DNA from: Magallana gigas
Taxonomy: Eukaryota
Reading direction: 5' to 3'
NCBI RefSeq assembly: GCF_963853765.1
Contig: NC_088855.1
Coordinates: 33,604,001-33,668,000, forward strand
DNA length: 64,000 nucleotides
Position numbers and translations under genes: made by a program. The notes under the pieces were generated by a model. That model was not told where the DNA came from. It was given only the letters and a program-made list of their open reading frames with translations, and did no database searches. Positions 13,868 to 27,523 of the stretch are shown here, one piece after another. The stretch's first letter is position 1; every line of letters starts with the position of its first letter.

Positions 13868-14834
13868 GTCTATGCTACTTGTAATGATAGTAGGAATATG
13901 ACTACATTTGTTTAATGACAATTAATATGCACTCTGCTATCACATGATACTTCCACTTCAGCAGCTGTTCAAAAGTGTATAATTATGGCGTAATTACATG
14001 TTATTATGACATGTCACAAAATAATAACTGAACACGATGGATGCAAGAACTGAATGCAAGACTCATGTTTGTCATGTATCAGCGCTGCCACTCCATATGA
14101 AAAAGGAAGCATACACGATCTGATAAGCATGGAAAATTGATTCAGAGTAACGATTTTACATATTCTTGAAAAATGAGATACAATGTTAGGAAAATTCAAA
14201 TGGTAATGCAATACACAAATACCGACTGGCTGCTACCTGGCCTGAAAAAACATAGAGAAACGTCGAATCTATTTAGACAAATGAACTGATTGGTTTGTGA
14301 CATTTTACAGATAGTAATACCTTAACCAACATCAATACCCATTTCCTTATAATCAAATACCTTTGATAAATATGCGGAGACTTCCACTTTATAACAAGCG
14401 CCCAATTTCTGAGCATGCGCAGTGAAAATAAAATGTTTTATAATCCGATCCCGACTTCATTTACATATTGAATCGTCCTCGCACTAATTCGTACCCCCAC
14501 GATTTATATAGAAGCCCTAGAAGATGATAACTTCAAGTTGTGCGAACAAACCACTGATGTGCCAAGGCATATGTTTATAATGGGCGAATAGGGTCAAATA
14601 TTTTTATCATTCTGTCTGTAATTGGAAATATTTTAGGGCTTGTCTGAAACGAACTTTTTTAAAACTATTATACAATATAATGTTAAATATTAATCATATT
14701 ATGAATCATGGTATATTATATCAACATGCAATGACATCTATCAAGGGTGAGGTATGTAGGACAAGGTTTTCTCAGCATCCTTGATAATTTTAAAATCTTA
14801 ATTGTTAAATCTGCATGCCTAAGCATCAAGATAA

Positions 14835-15220
14835 TCAAGATCACTCTCCGTATCTGAAGCTAGCTCATTTACATAGTGAAATCAACATTATGCAAGTTTG
14901 AATAAGTATACCCAGTTAGTACTATTATTTACATAAACATGTGACCCACCCCAGTATCACAAAATGCATTTAATATCTATCAAAATTTGGTAAAGATTAA
15001 ACCAATAATATCTAAGATTTATCTATCAAGATCACTCTCCGTATCTGAAGCTAGCTCATTTGCATAGTGAAATCAACATTATGCAAGTTTGAATAAGTAT
15101 ACCCAGTTAGTACTATTATTTACATAAACATGTGACCCACCCCAGTATCACAAAATGCATTTAATATCTATCAAAATTTGGTAAAGATTAAACCAATAAT
15201 ATCTAAGATTTATCTATCAA
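14835..15220. repeat. Tandem duplication, two copies of ~191 bp
   Basis: gatcactctccgtatctgaagc starts at 14839 and again at 15030; the copies are near-identical (tttacatag versus tttgcatag). Confidence 0.9.
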
Positions 15221-15834
15221 AAACTTTTACCAGCTCCAAAAAACCTCATCCAGCATCCAAAACCTATGGCTCAGATTCAGCATTCAAGCATGTACAGTGC
15301 ACAAGTATCATAAAACGCACCATCTATACAAGTTAGGTGAAAATAGGACTGGTAGTTTATAGTTAGATGTGGCTAGCAAAGTGCACCTGCTCCAAAAACC
15401 TTGACCCCCGGAATCTTAAATCAGCAACCAAGTCATTTAAGTCCGTAAGTAGGTCCAGATGCACTAACCAAGCAAGTCTGGTGAAGGTAGTATAAGTGAT
15501 TATTACATACAGGACCTGCTCTACAAACTTTAACAAAGGGTGCATATGCTCCCCCTGACTTTATCATGGTGTCAGAGCTGAATATACAAACAAACTCGCA
15601 GTACAATTTTACAATTTATTTATCCAAGAAAATTTTTAGAACATTTAAATGTACACAATGTATACATTAGGTAACAATTTCCTTTAAACAAAGCTTTCTA
15701 TAGCCTAATTCACGTTGAAAAAAAATATACTGTACACAGGGTAATTTTCGCCAGGTGTAATTTTCGCTCTTCTACAACTGCAAACGGTTTCAAACCGTCT
15801 TGAATTTGCCCAGATACAGTTGTTTTAAAAGAGA

Positions 15835-16063
15835 TACAATGGAATCATTAGATTTCATGGTGGCTCAGTTTTCATAAAATTTGTGGGCACCTCTCATCCA
15901 CAAATGAACATCCACCATGAATTAATAATTAAGGTTTTGAAGTCACATTTCTTTCATAGATATGAGTACCGGTATACACAAAATTACATACGTCCCAATG
16001 AACCTGTGAATTTAAAGCAATCCACTAAAAATGGCCCTCATGAATTTTAATGATTCCATAGCA
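15835..16063. mobile_element. MITE, TAC(C/T)GTGGAATC family, second copy
   Basis: Colinear with 9412-9636 (gatttcatggtggctc...tttgtggg.acctctcatccac). Confidence 0.75.
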
Positions 16064-16476
16064 TTATCTGCAACAATGGAATTCGCCTAGTCTTAAATAC
16101 ACTGTGATGAGGGCGAAATGTGCAAATACAAAACGAGGTGAATATTTCCCTGCATACAGTAGTTATTAATGTTTTATTCTCTTGGTGTACCACTAAGTAT
16201 AAAGTGATAAGGGTAAAAAATAGGTCATTCACCAAGCTTATCACTTCCAAACAATGGTGCAATAATTTCACTGCACAGTATTGGGTGGTCTATATTTTGT
16301 TAGTTCCTACTTGAAAATTTTTGAAAGCATGCAAAAATGCAATAACGTGTACCAAATAACAAATATTGTATTTGCAGTACATGTACATGCATTGATATAA
16401 GTGATTCACTCAAGTTCAACCTATTCAAAGTAGATCATTTATGCATCTTGCTGTTGGGTAAATACTGATAGCGGGG

Positions 16477-16695
16477 TACCGTATATCCGGTATTTTTCGT
16501 GATCATCTTATTTTCGCTTTTTTCGCAATCTTTTTTCAATCGCAAATAATTGAATACGCAAAAAATATATCCTGTATCATTTTCAATAAGAAACTGTTTT
16601 AATTGCAAAAAATAACTGACGCAATTTAAAAATGTATTATATTTTCCCCATTTTTGCAAATTTTGTGACACGCGAAAAAATACAGATATACGGTA
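16477..16695. mobile_element. MITE with TACCGTATAT(CCGG) terminal inverted repeats
   Basis: taccgtatatccgg at the left end, cagatatacggta at the right end. Confidence 0.75.
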
Positions 16696-17789
16696 TTTAG
16701 AGCAGAAAAGATCTAACTTGAATTAAATCGATTCAATTTACACTCTGTGTTGTTTTTTGTTTTTTTGAGAACCAAGGGTATGCATGGCTTTAATCAAATT
16801 ATATCATAACAAACAAGAAGTGAAGAATATTTCTGTAAGTATGAAGTATATGCACACTATGGTATACCAGACAAGAATGTCACTCATAACATCTAAGGTG
16901 TGATATGTCACATTATGGCACAGAAAAATATCTATCAATGATTCACACCAGTCAAAAGTTCCTTTCATTTCACATAAAAAATGATGAAAGGTTATTTAAG
17001 GTTTTTGTTTATATTATTTGCTAATAAACCTGATGAGAAGTACAGACTGTACAGTAATCTGTACTGAATACAGAAAAAAAAAAGGAGTCGAGAAAAAATC
17101 AACTTCATAATAACAACTAATACATAAAATTCTAAATACATTCATTTTAAAGAACCATCAAATAGGGTATTAAAATAAAACAACAACCAAAAACAATAGA
17201 TGTTAATATAGGAGATATAATACTTCAGTATTTGTACTAGAATTCATTCATATATACATGTAAATTTAGTACAGAGCTAACACAGCCTTTCTCTAAATGA
17301 CTAAAACAATAAAGAGTCTAAAATCTCTATAAAAAAATTATAATATTAAATAATATTAACAACGCCATTAAATCAATGTATTAAGCAATTTTACTAAATG
17401 CCTAAATAATAAAAATGTATATTCTTTCACTTCAAGTGATATTCTAAAATACCAAAAAGGTCCTTTTAGATTTAGAATAAACAGAAGGGAAAAATCAGAT
17501 AAGATCAGATCACAAACAAAGCAATATACATTTATTTTACCTCGTTGCACTAACTAAAAAGCATACATACCGGTACAACCAACACATTGTTGCAAAATAC
17601 ATTTAAACAGAAACTGTATACAGAGAAATAAAAAAAGACCTGTGTTGGTAATAAAGATTCAGTAACTTTGCAGAGCACTTGTTCATAACAGAATAAAATT
17701 GTTTATAATAAAACATGTATGTCTAAAATTGCTTTTCGAAAGTTATTAGCAAATCAGTCGCTACTCGCAAACCCTATTTGGCAGTGATA

Positions 17790-20700
17790 CTACACTAGAC
17801 TACAGTGCTTGCTTTCAGAGTTTTCAGGATCATTGTTTGGCACCGCCTTCTTCTTATCAGAGGTCTTCTTACCGCGATTGCGTTTGGCAGAGCGAGATTT
17901 CTTCTTGCGGGGGCATATCAGCAGACCATCCCCAGAATGGCTGCTATGGCTACTACTTTGAGAGGATGACTTATGAGAGACAGTGCTATTGTTTCTTTTC
18001 ACGGAGGATGAGGACGATGATGAAGCAGCTGTATGCCAATGAGTATCACAGATTTCAGAACCGCCACTACGTGAGGGAGCACTCTGACTACAAGCATTAG
18101 ATTCAAGAGACGAAGCACCAGGAAAATGAGGAGACCTAGTAGATTGTTCATTCCTAGACTTAAGCTCTTCAATGAATGATAACTGTCTAGCAGGGACAGA
18201 AGAGGATCTGCAAGCTTTCCTATTGTAATTACCATTGCTTTGATCATTGTGATATTTGGACTGTGGAGATAGTGTTTTGTGTTTCTTTGATTTTGTTTCC
18301 TCCCTTCTGTTTGCTTTGCTACTAGAATCTGAGGAAGAATTTAACACACTATTATTGTTTCGCTCATTGGATGACAAACTTTGAAGTGAACAACATGAAT
18401 GATTTGGTTGTGAACCAGGACTGAATCTTGCACCATCTTCGCTTGAACATCCATGAAAACCAGAGGAGGACTCCATATGGGAGGATGTATCACAGGAACC
18501 ACAAGTGTCTGAGATCCCACTGTATGATGGTGTTTCTGTGCCTGTAAGCCTAGATGGCATTCTTCCAGAACATGGATATTGAACATCATTACTGAGAGCA
18601 CTTTCTTCTACAGTCGAGAGCTTCTTTTCACCTGTCTCTGAGCAGACTGACAAGCCAGAGTGAGAGGAATGAGATTTCTGAATGTTAGGATAATTAATCG
18701 CACAAGAATGCCCACAGGCTGTGTCAGAAGAATCTGAACTTGGCTGTAAGAGTTTGGATAACCTTAGGATTCTAAGATTTTGTGAGTCATAAATTTGCTC
18801 CATTTTCCTAATATTGTCCTCTGCTTCCAAAACAGAATCGTTTTCTAATACATTAGTGGCTCCAACACCCTGCTCATTGCTGACCTCAGACGAATTATTG
18901 TAGGAGTTGTGGGAGACTCCCATGCTTCTTGCATCACTACCTTGAAAACTGACTTCATCTAGAGAAACGTCTGGTATGGCATTACTTTCTCTTCTGGCAG
19001 GTGGTTGAGGTCTGTTTGCGTTAAAAGTAGATACTGCGGGCAAGGAATCATAACTGTGACGACTAGTTTGGACATATCGGTCAGCAGGGTTTCCGCTTTC
19101 TGTGGACAAGTCATCTGTATCACTTAACTCCGCTATTTGTGAGGGTTGCATGTATCTTCTCCCGGAAGCAGGCAGTCTAGGCCGATCTTGGATCTCTGAA
19201 GCAGTAGTGGCAGTGGACGAATCTTCCCAGAGTTCTAACAGATCTGGAGAGAAATTAACTTGGTCAATAATATGTCTGTTAAATGTTGGCAATGTTTGAG
19301 AGCTTCTTTGAGCTTCCCTACTGTGTCTTTTCCAAGGGAGGGAAAACCTTGTATTTCTTTGCCTAGATTCTTGAGCATGTGCATTTTCACAACCTCTTGG
19401 CGGTGCAGGACTGGAAATATGGTCCGAGTATCCTGGAAGACTATGGTGTCTTGATAGATTAGGATTACAAGGACTTGAGAGAGTTGAGGTATTTTCTGTT
19501 ACTCTGCCACTGGCTGAACAAGCAGTACCTAGAGCGGCACGAGGTGATGTCTGACACCCGATGTTGTTGTTGTTATTTGGACAAGGTGAGGAAGCATTGT
19601 TATTATTGGAACTGTCTACAGCCTCATAAGGAGGGGGAGCTTCCCTGGGATACATTTGGTCTGGGGGCTTTGGAGGGGTGTAAGGAGGTGGGGGATCATC
19701 GTACGAGGGACATTCAAAACCAAAGAATTCTGGGGATATGCTGTCAATATCTCCATCCTCCAGCCTCTCACGACGTCTACTGTCTCTGTATCCTGGATAA
19801 AAAGAAAGATATAAATAAACGTTTGTATCAATGAAATATCAATTTACCCCAACATGATCTTTTTAACCAGTAATTATTTACAGTTATTGAGATTTAAGTT
19901 CAAATTATGTAACATATTTACCAGGAAGCTTATAATAAAAACAATGGTAAATGACTCTAAATTACTTACTACGCATGGCCTGGAGAAGCCGTCGTTGTCT
20001 TAGACGATGACCCATAAAAAGTAGAAGAGCAAGCACGAGGAAGGAAGTGATGGTACTGGCGACTAGTCTCAGGCCTAAAGTTGTCATGTTATCAGAGTTT
20101 CCTGCGAAAGGTGTAAAAGCATATTAATTTCTCTGAAAAAATGGTCTCATTTGATGGATATCTCTCCCTAATACAAGCTTATAAGAAAAAAATGCCCTTG
20201 GAATTGCACTAAACCCAATGCTACTATGCCTAGATTTGAAGTTGCAGAACTATAACCTAAAGTTAGAAATATCTTTCCACTGACACTAAAATATGTTGAT
20301 AAAAAATTAACATAGCTAAAAACTACCATTAATGGGAAAGAACATTTCAACATGTCAACCAACTGATGGACAGTGCCAGCCAACATTCCCCTTTTCTCAT
20401 ATACCAGAACATTATTTTTAAAAGGAATGAGGGGACAAAAATTAAGAGCTAGTAAAAGGATGTAAAATCCAACAAAGAAGAGAGACAAACCATTAGCATC
20501 ATTATTCTTGGTTGGGTCAGTGGCGTTAGTGGGAGGAAACTGTCCATGTCCCCCGCCCCCATCATCTTCACAGCGGAATTTGCAGCATTTGTCATCGATC
20601 ATAACCGGGTTAAGACAGCCAGTGGGAGGAATGCAGGACACCGATTTACACATGGTAGGGAAGCCATCACTACAGGTACACTGATAACAGGGGTCAGGCT

Positions 20701-23700
20701 TGGGCTGGAAGACCTGGCCATTGGAGATCTCCTTCCCAAAGTGGTCTGTACACCTCAGCTCTGATAAGGCTGGAAAACCAAAATAATACAGTATAAGATT
20801 TCGGAGAGATGATACATGAACTGGTATTTCATAAAATCATGGACAACTATACTGCTCTACAAAATGACTTTGTGACCACATATACTTTTTCATTTTGTCA
20901 AATTATTTTTTTTCTCCATTAAAAAGATGGAAAGGAATCGGTAAATCCAAGTACCACTTGACAATTTCACTTATCATTAAAAGGAGTAAAATAGCTGGTG
21001 CAATGTCCAACTTGAAGATTCAACTTCTAAAATGAATAACAATGACCTTATTTACACATTGTCTTACAATTACCTTTTAATCATGTTTAACTCACCCTAC
21101 CGTTAAAACGTACTACTGGTCAGAATCATTTTAATTTTCAAATCGAAGGTATACAAACGGTGTCTTCCCACTTAGCCAACATTTTGAAAAAATACAGGTA
21201 AAATACAGGTAGATCTGTGTTGGCTAAGTGGGAATGGGGTGCAGGTTGAGAACAAAAGAATTTAATGACAGGTAAGCTATAGTCTGTTTTCACATTAACA
21301 GGGAGGAAAAAATATGTTCACCTTCAGAAGAATAAATATGATTTGAGCTTCTGTCCCAGTATATTTTTTTATTTAATTAACTCCAATGTAAGTGTTATTT
21401 TCAAATTATGATTTTTACGTAATTAACTATTACATTTTTCCTCTCAATGTATGCTTTTAAATTGAGCTATATATGTATATCTTGGTTTGTCTATTTTCAT
21501 CATATTTTGAATTAAATTATATTAGTTGAGTTAACTTACACTAAGCCTTGAAATGTAATGTAAATATAAAAATCCCGTTTGAAATTATAGCTATGAATCA
21601 AATGGGTTTTATTTCAATTTTTTTCTTCTATATTCTATGGTTTCTAAAGTTATATTGAGTATTTCCAATATACACAATATATGAAATTAACAAAACACAA
21701 AAGTGCTAGAAGAAAGAACTCACGTTTTTGATGTTGTATACTTCAAACTTAATAAGATCTGTTGTATGATGATGTAATTTTAATTAGATGAAAAGATAAA
21801 ATCCTCCTCTGCCGTTCTGTCTGAAGATAGGCCATTTTGATTTGATTTGATTTTTTAATATTTTTCAACTTAAACAGTCCATAAAACGGTGACCCATAAA
21901 ACAGTTAAGAACTTATAATTTTGAGGCTTTTGATTTTGTTAACTAATAACCATAATTTTGCTCATCTTTCTAGTCTATTTTCTTTAAATACTACCGATCG
22001 ATCTCATTTATAGAATTATACACCCAATTTAAACAGTTTATAATTATTTACTTAAATGTTTTAATCATGCATGTACGTGTATTGGTTAATTCATACAAAA
22101 GGTTTAATGTAATCATCTTGCAGAGAATTGCTTATCTATATTTTTTAAAAATATTTTATAGTTATTTTTATCTATTTTTGCTGATATGGGCAAAATAGTG
22201 CTTTTTTATATAAACAACATAACAAATTTAAAGAAGATTTTCTAGTATATTTAATTTGGTATAAAAGTATATTTTATTAAGTATTACCAGTATTTCTCTA
22301 AATAATTTCATGCATCCTATTTTATTTTTTTATAAAAATGCTAACGTTAATTTGTTTTTTAAACTATTCTCCGGTAATTGATAACAAGTACATTTACATG
22401 TAAAAAAACAAACTATAGCCCTCTGATCACTCAGGTGTGAAAATCAAAATGTTGGCCAAGTGGGAATTGAGAATTTCAGAATGTTGGCTAAGTGGGAATA
22501 AACCATACAAACATCCAAAATTACAATATATCTGTGCACTTATGATGCATGTAATGGGATGTCTTTAATTCAGAATTTTGTTACAATTACCGGTACACAA
22601 TGACTTACTTGGGTATGAAAAGATGTAATAAAAGACAAACAGGTGCAAAATAATTTGCCCCTTTGTCTGGTATAAAAAGAAAAGTTCATTAAACCTTATC
22701 TCTTTGTATGTCTCTTTATCCAAACTATCTATTGTTGACCCTTCAAAACTCACAAAGGGCCAAGCTAATGACAGTCAACCTTTGTCATGTTCACTGGCTA
22801 CTTTATTAATTTTTTTTCACAGCTCTCCCTTTATGTTACTTTCATTTATTAACAGTAGGGGATATGTGATTTTGTACTCTCCTATTATACTTCCATTCAC
22901 AAGAGGCTTACTAAATTTGTTTGGCTTTATTTATTTGGTAACAATTGCCTATTTTATAAATACACCTGGACTCAACTTGGCTAGCCGAGTGTCAGATTCA
23001 TTTTTCTCATCTCCCCTTGAGAAAAATGAGTCTGACACTTGGCTAGTGAAGATGACCTGGACTATGGTTTGAAAATAGTGAAATAACAATACTTTTCCTT
23101 GAGTGCTAAATTTTACAACAGTACACTGTATTAAATAATAAGCTAAGAATTTGTTGACTAGTATCTGCAGGTTTAAAAAACTTTTTATTTTAGTACTTTA
23201 TATATGAAATTTCATCTGCTCATCAAAAGTTCAATGAACCAAAGTCCATCAGCTATTGTCAATGACTTTATCATCCTAGCTACTGTACATTCACCTTCTA
23301 TAAACACCACAGTCATATTTAATGATATTTTGTTCTTTGTCTAATCCCTATCAAAATTAATTAAAAGTTACTCATCTCATCAAGCCAGATTAAAACAAAA
23401 GTATGTAATAGGTACTTTGACTTTTGAAAGATTAAAATTAATTTTTCAATATTAATTTTCAAAATGCTAGAGAACATATCCAGCTAAAATTATACTACAT
23501 GTAGTCTACTAACTTAGCAAAAATGATCCAACAACTGAAAGATACTTTACATCATTATCGATAATAATAACTACACAATAAGAGTACTTACGAATCAATG
23601 ACATTTTTCAATTTTCCCTCAAATTACAACCATTGAATCCATTCACAATGTATGGTAGACTCAAAGACTGTTAGATATAGTAAGTCTCCTAAACTCCACC

Positions 23701-26700
23701 TTAATCTTCCAAAGTTCCAGGGAGTTGTTCAAAATATTTAAAAAATAACATCAGTGGTGACAATAGAGTCCCTTTTGAAAAGAACTGATAATATCAGGTT
23801 TAATCTAAGGATTACAACAGAGCTCCCTGTGTCACGTCAACTTCTTTGATTTCTCATTGTCTTGCCTTCAATGATGCATCCAAAATCTTTTCTCACTATC
23901 TCTTTAATTAGTTTTCTCCTCAAAAGCAAAAAGATGAAAATCACCTGTTTGCTCTGATGTGTAAATAGATCAGTGAATTTGTTTTAAATCTAGACAAATG
24001 GATTGCATTTCCCTCTATAATGAGGTTCTTTGACGGATGACTGTCCACTTTACTACTACCGATAATACTGCCAAGTGATAACAATCTCCTTACAAGGAGA
24101 GTTAGTCTAATGCTCTCTCTCCGCTCTATACGGTTGGACTAAACAGTCCTGGGTAGGGCATCTTAGACTTAGTCTACAGATTAAGTCCACATTCCTATAT
24201 ATGGGCAACTCTGTCCATTGTGTGGTATCTCTCGGGTGCAATAACAAAGATACAGAATGAAGGCAAGCTAAGACTGGAGTTAATCATCTCAAACATGATA
24301 CTCAATGGCAATCTTATCAGGTCATCTCCACTTTAGAACTGCTAACAAGACCTCCCATTCAAGAGAGAAAATTAACCAGTAGATGTAATAGGCTCCCAAA
24401 AAGTACCACCAAGCAAAAGATAAAGGAACCAATTTGATTTAACCGGAATATTTAATAAGATGCATAACATTAAACATTTAACATGACTAAAAAAAATTTT
24501 TAAACAATGCAAAATATAAGACTAATGGTTACCTTCTTTAAATTTGCATAATTATATCAAATGTTTTTTTGTTTACCAAAAAGTTGGGTGATAAATAGTT
24601 GTCACACTGATTGATGAGCTTCCTTGATACAGAATGCACAAGATCAACTGATAATACTTTGAACAGTTATGCAACATTCCGTTCCAACTTGTCTGATCTC
24701 ATTCTTTCCAAATAATGTTATTTTATTTATAACCCTGGCTTCCCTTTATTGACTGAAAAAATCGGGCCTTTTCAAAGTTGGTATAAAGACCTGAGTAAAC
24801 GTCACCTTCTGAAGGAAATACAAATATCTCAAATTTAACACATAAAATTCATTACTTTAGAAGTATCCTCTTGAAATACCTCTATTCACACATACCATTG
24901 TTTTAGTTATCAAAATATTCTTTCATCAGACCCTCTTGAACACTGGACTTCATTCCAGGAGATGTGATGGTCTCCTTAGGGAAAGCTATCACGCATGATA
25001 AAGTGTTTATTTTGTCAAAAGGCAGTTGATAAGAATGTTTTACTGTCATATTATAGTTAAGATAAATAATTAACACTATCTGTTTCAAAATCAAAGGAAA
25101 TTTTGAAAATTTGTATTTTGTACTTTGTACAGGGCTGCAGAGCTTATGCTCAAAAACAAAAATTTTGCTTTCAAAACATTTTCATTTTAAAATGATGTTA
25201 CAGCAGCTGTTATTACATATACTGAAGTTATTACAGAAATCTATAGATTATAAATTAAACAAACTTTGTTATAAAAAAAAATACACAGTTGTGGGTTCCA
25301 AATATATCGATCTATCTGTCAAAATGTGTATTTCTGAGAGTATATGTAATTCAAAATACATCAATGATCATGGTGTAAATTTCTCATTTTTGATAGCACA
25401 CTGGCTACAGAGAAAATTATGAATTAGTTTCCATTTTTTTTCAGTGGAAATCAATACTGTACAAATAATGTCTGAAAATACGATATAATTTTGCCTATGA
25501 GCTATATAGCTGTTGACTAATAAACATTAATACAATATCAGTACCTACATATACAAAATAGCACAATGATTACTAGTAATTAACACTTAGCACAATGATT
25601 ACTAGTAATTAACACCAAACCATATTCACAAGCAATTTACTGTAATTAAATATGACCATCCTTTGATTTCTGATATTACTGATTCAGAATGAAATGATTA
25701 AACTCAGGTTACTACAATGTAACGGTAGAATCTACTTGTAACATAGACTATATAAACAAATGTTTGACAAAGATCCATGAGAATCTTCTTTTATATGATT
25801 AATTGTTAATTATCACACCTCAGCTCAACTGTAAAGATCACTAAAATCTTCAGAAAACAATCACTCTAAAATTTACCATCTTCATTAACATATATCTATT
25901 CATAATCAAAACATATATTCATAATCAAATATCTTTGAAAATTTTTCAATTTGATTGATCACAATGATCACATTTTGCCTTCGTCTTCCAGGTTTATTCT
26001 TTTCAAAAGTAATATCAACCATTATTTACAGTACATCATTCAAATATTCAGAGACATATATAACAGTAAGTATATACGTCCCTGAAATATTTTAATCTTT
26101 TGTAATCATGCTACAAAATGAGTTCGATTTGAGGGTACAATTTTAAAATGTACATGTGTTACTTGATTTTCTTATATAAATGTTCTAGTAGTTTTCAAAA
26201 ACAAATCAAGATTTCTTTACTGACACGTCATCTTTATATTTACCAGTAGATATTGACAAGAATGAAAACAGAATTCCAATGGGGAAAAATCAGACATCTT
26301 TTCTCCAAACTGAAGTCTCTCAGAACACCTCTTATTATTTCTCAATGCTATAACTGGGGTACAATGTACTTACATGACTAATGTTGTTAAAAAAAACTGT
26401 AGAATGTTCTTTTTAGTTGCATTATTTAAAGGGACATGGTCACGATTTTGGTCAAAAATTATTTTTTGATTTTAGTATTTACAATGCTTCAGAAAGGCAT
26501 TTCTAATAGGCAAACGAAATTTGGTGTTATTTGTTGAGTTATAAGCAAGTTACAGAGCTTGAAATTCTTCGCTATGTAAACAAAGCGCGTGTTTACATTT
26601 TGAACGTTGAAGTAAAAATTTCAGTTTTAAACCTAAAACGAATGTGTTAAACGTTAGGAACTGTATATTTATGCTTGAAATAAATAAAAAGATAGACAAA

Positions 26701-27523
26701 TAAGCTGGAAAATGATTTTTTATTGGTATATTGAACCTATGTAAACAAAAACAGGGCACGGGCCTTGTTTACATGTTAAAGAATTGTGAGCCCTGTATCT
26801 TGCTTATAACTCTACGAATGACTCTCAAATTTAATTTGATCATTAGAAATGCATTTCTAAAGCATTGTAAATAATAAAAACATAAAAATAAAATTTGACC
26901 AAAATCGCGACCATGCCCTTTAACACAACAAGTTAAAGGAGGTGTTTCAAAGGAGAAAGTCTGGGATTTGTTCATAATACTGAATGAACACATTTGGATC
27001 TTAAGGTATTACTAAATATCAAATAATTATGGCAAAATGTGAAGCAAACACAAGTAAAATAATTTTTACTCATCTTTGATGAATATGACTTACTATTTAC
27101 TTGCTAAATCTTATATAAAATGTATTGGTAATTGAAATAATTTATAAAAATCATGCTATGTTAATACCTGACCTGTCATACGAAATTATTCTTATGAAAG
27201 TATATTATGATCTTTCATATGAAATGTGAAAGTCAGAGGTTCAGTTGCAAGAAATCGATCATATTTACTTTCATTGAATTAATGAAAGCCTGTGAGCCAT
27301 CCATGAATTTACTTCGGCATAACAGCGGAACATATCATGAACATATCATTTCATTTGATTTCAGGGTACTGGTTGTACTTTCTTGCCATCTTAAAGCAAC
27401 TTCTAAAAAATATAGATATGTGCAACAAAAAGTTTTAATGTGTGATTTTTTTTATACAGCCGTATGTCTGGGCTCACCTGAACTCAATCCCGTGACGAAG
27501 ACGATCACTGTGAAGACTACCAT
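17790..27523 (-). CDS. DGCR2: Integral membrane protein DGCR2/IDD-like (signal peptide, VWFC domain, TM helix, long cytoplasmic tail)
   Basis: complement(join(17790-19792,19970-20101,20491-20769,27478-27523)), 819 aa, all introns phase 1. Signal peptide MVVFTVIVFVTGLSSA; VWFC CTDHFG...PCYQCTC..G...MC.....IPPTGC......DKCCKFRC. TM and juxtamembrane GLRLVASTITSFLVLALLLFMGHRLRQRR is close to vertebrate DGCR2 ([29 protein letters not shown]). Two PPPY motifs follow. Confidence 0.88.
21148..22512. mobile_element. Non-autonomous DNA transposon-like element with repeated TTCCCACTTAGCCAAC subterminal motifs
   Basis: Motif at 21165-21180 with inverted copies at 21219-21234, 22451-22466 and 22483-22498; AT-rich interior with no ORF. 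Confidence 0.55.
22981..23046. repeat. Short palindromic hairpin element ending in GGCTAG(C/T)GAAGATG
   Basis: 29-bp arms at 22981-23009 and 23018-23046 with an 8-nt loop. Confidence 0.8.
26430..26919. mobile_element. Kolobok-like MITE
   Basis: TTAA on both flanks; TIR agggacatggtcacgattttggtcaaa / tttgaccaaaatcgcgaccatgccct. Confidence 0.8.

Noticed and set aside
17837-19834. Overlapping short ORFs on both strands of the DGCR2 last exon (likewise within PRR14L 10224-10802, the CA last exon 47794-49765 and the nested gene 61198-62166)
   Set aside because: Alternative-frame or antisense shadows of long coding exons, with no independent motifs.
22565-22960. In-frame TGA codons (e.g. 22775-22777) as selenocysteine read-through
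   Set aside because: The same frame also contains TAA and TAG, and there is no selenoprotein motif; decay or chance is more likely.
22704-23072. 122-aa plus-strand ORF
   Set aside because: It is the antisense shadow of purine-rich minus-strand sequence and overlaps a hairpin repeat; no splice or family support.
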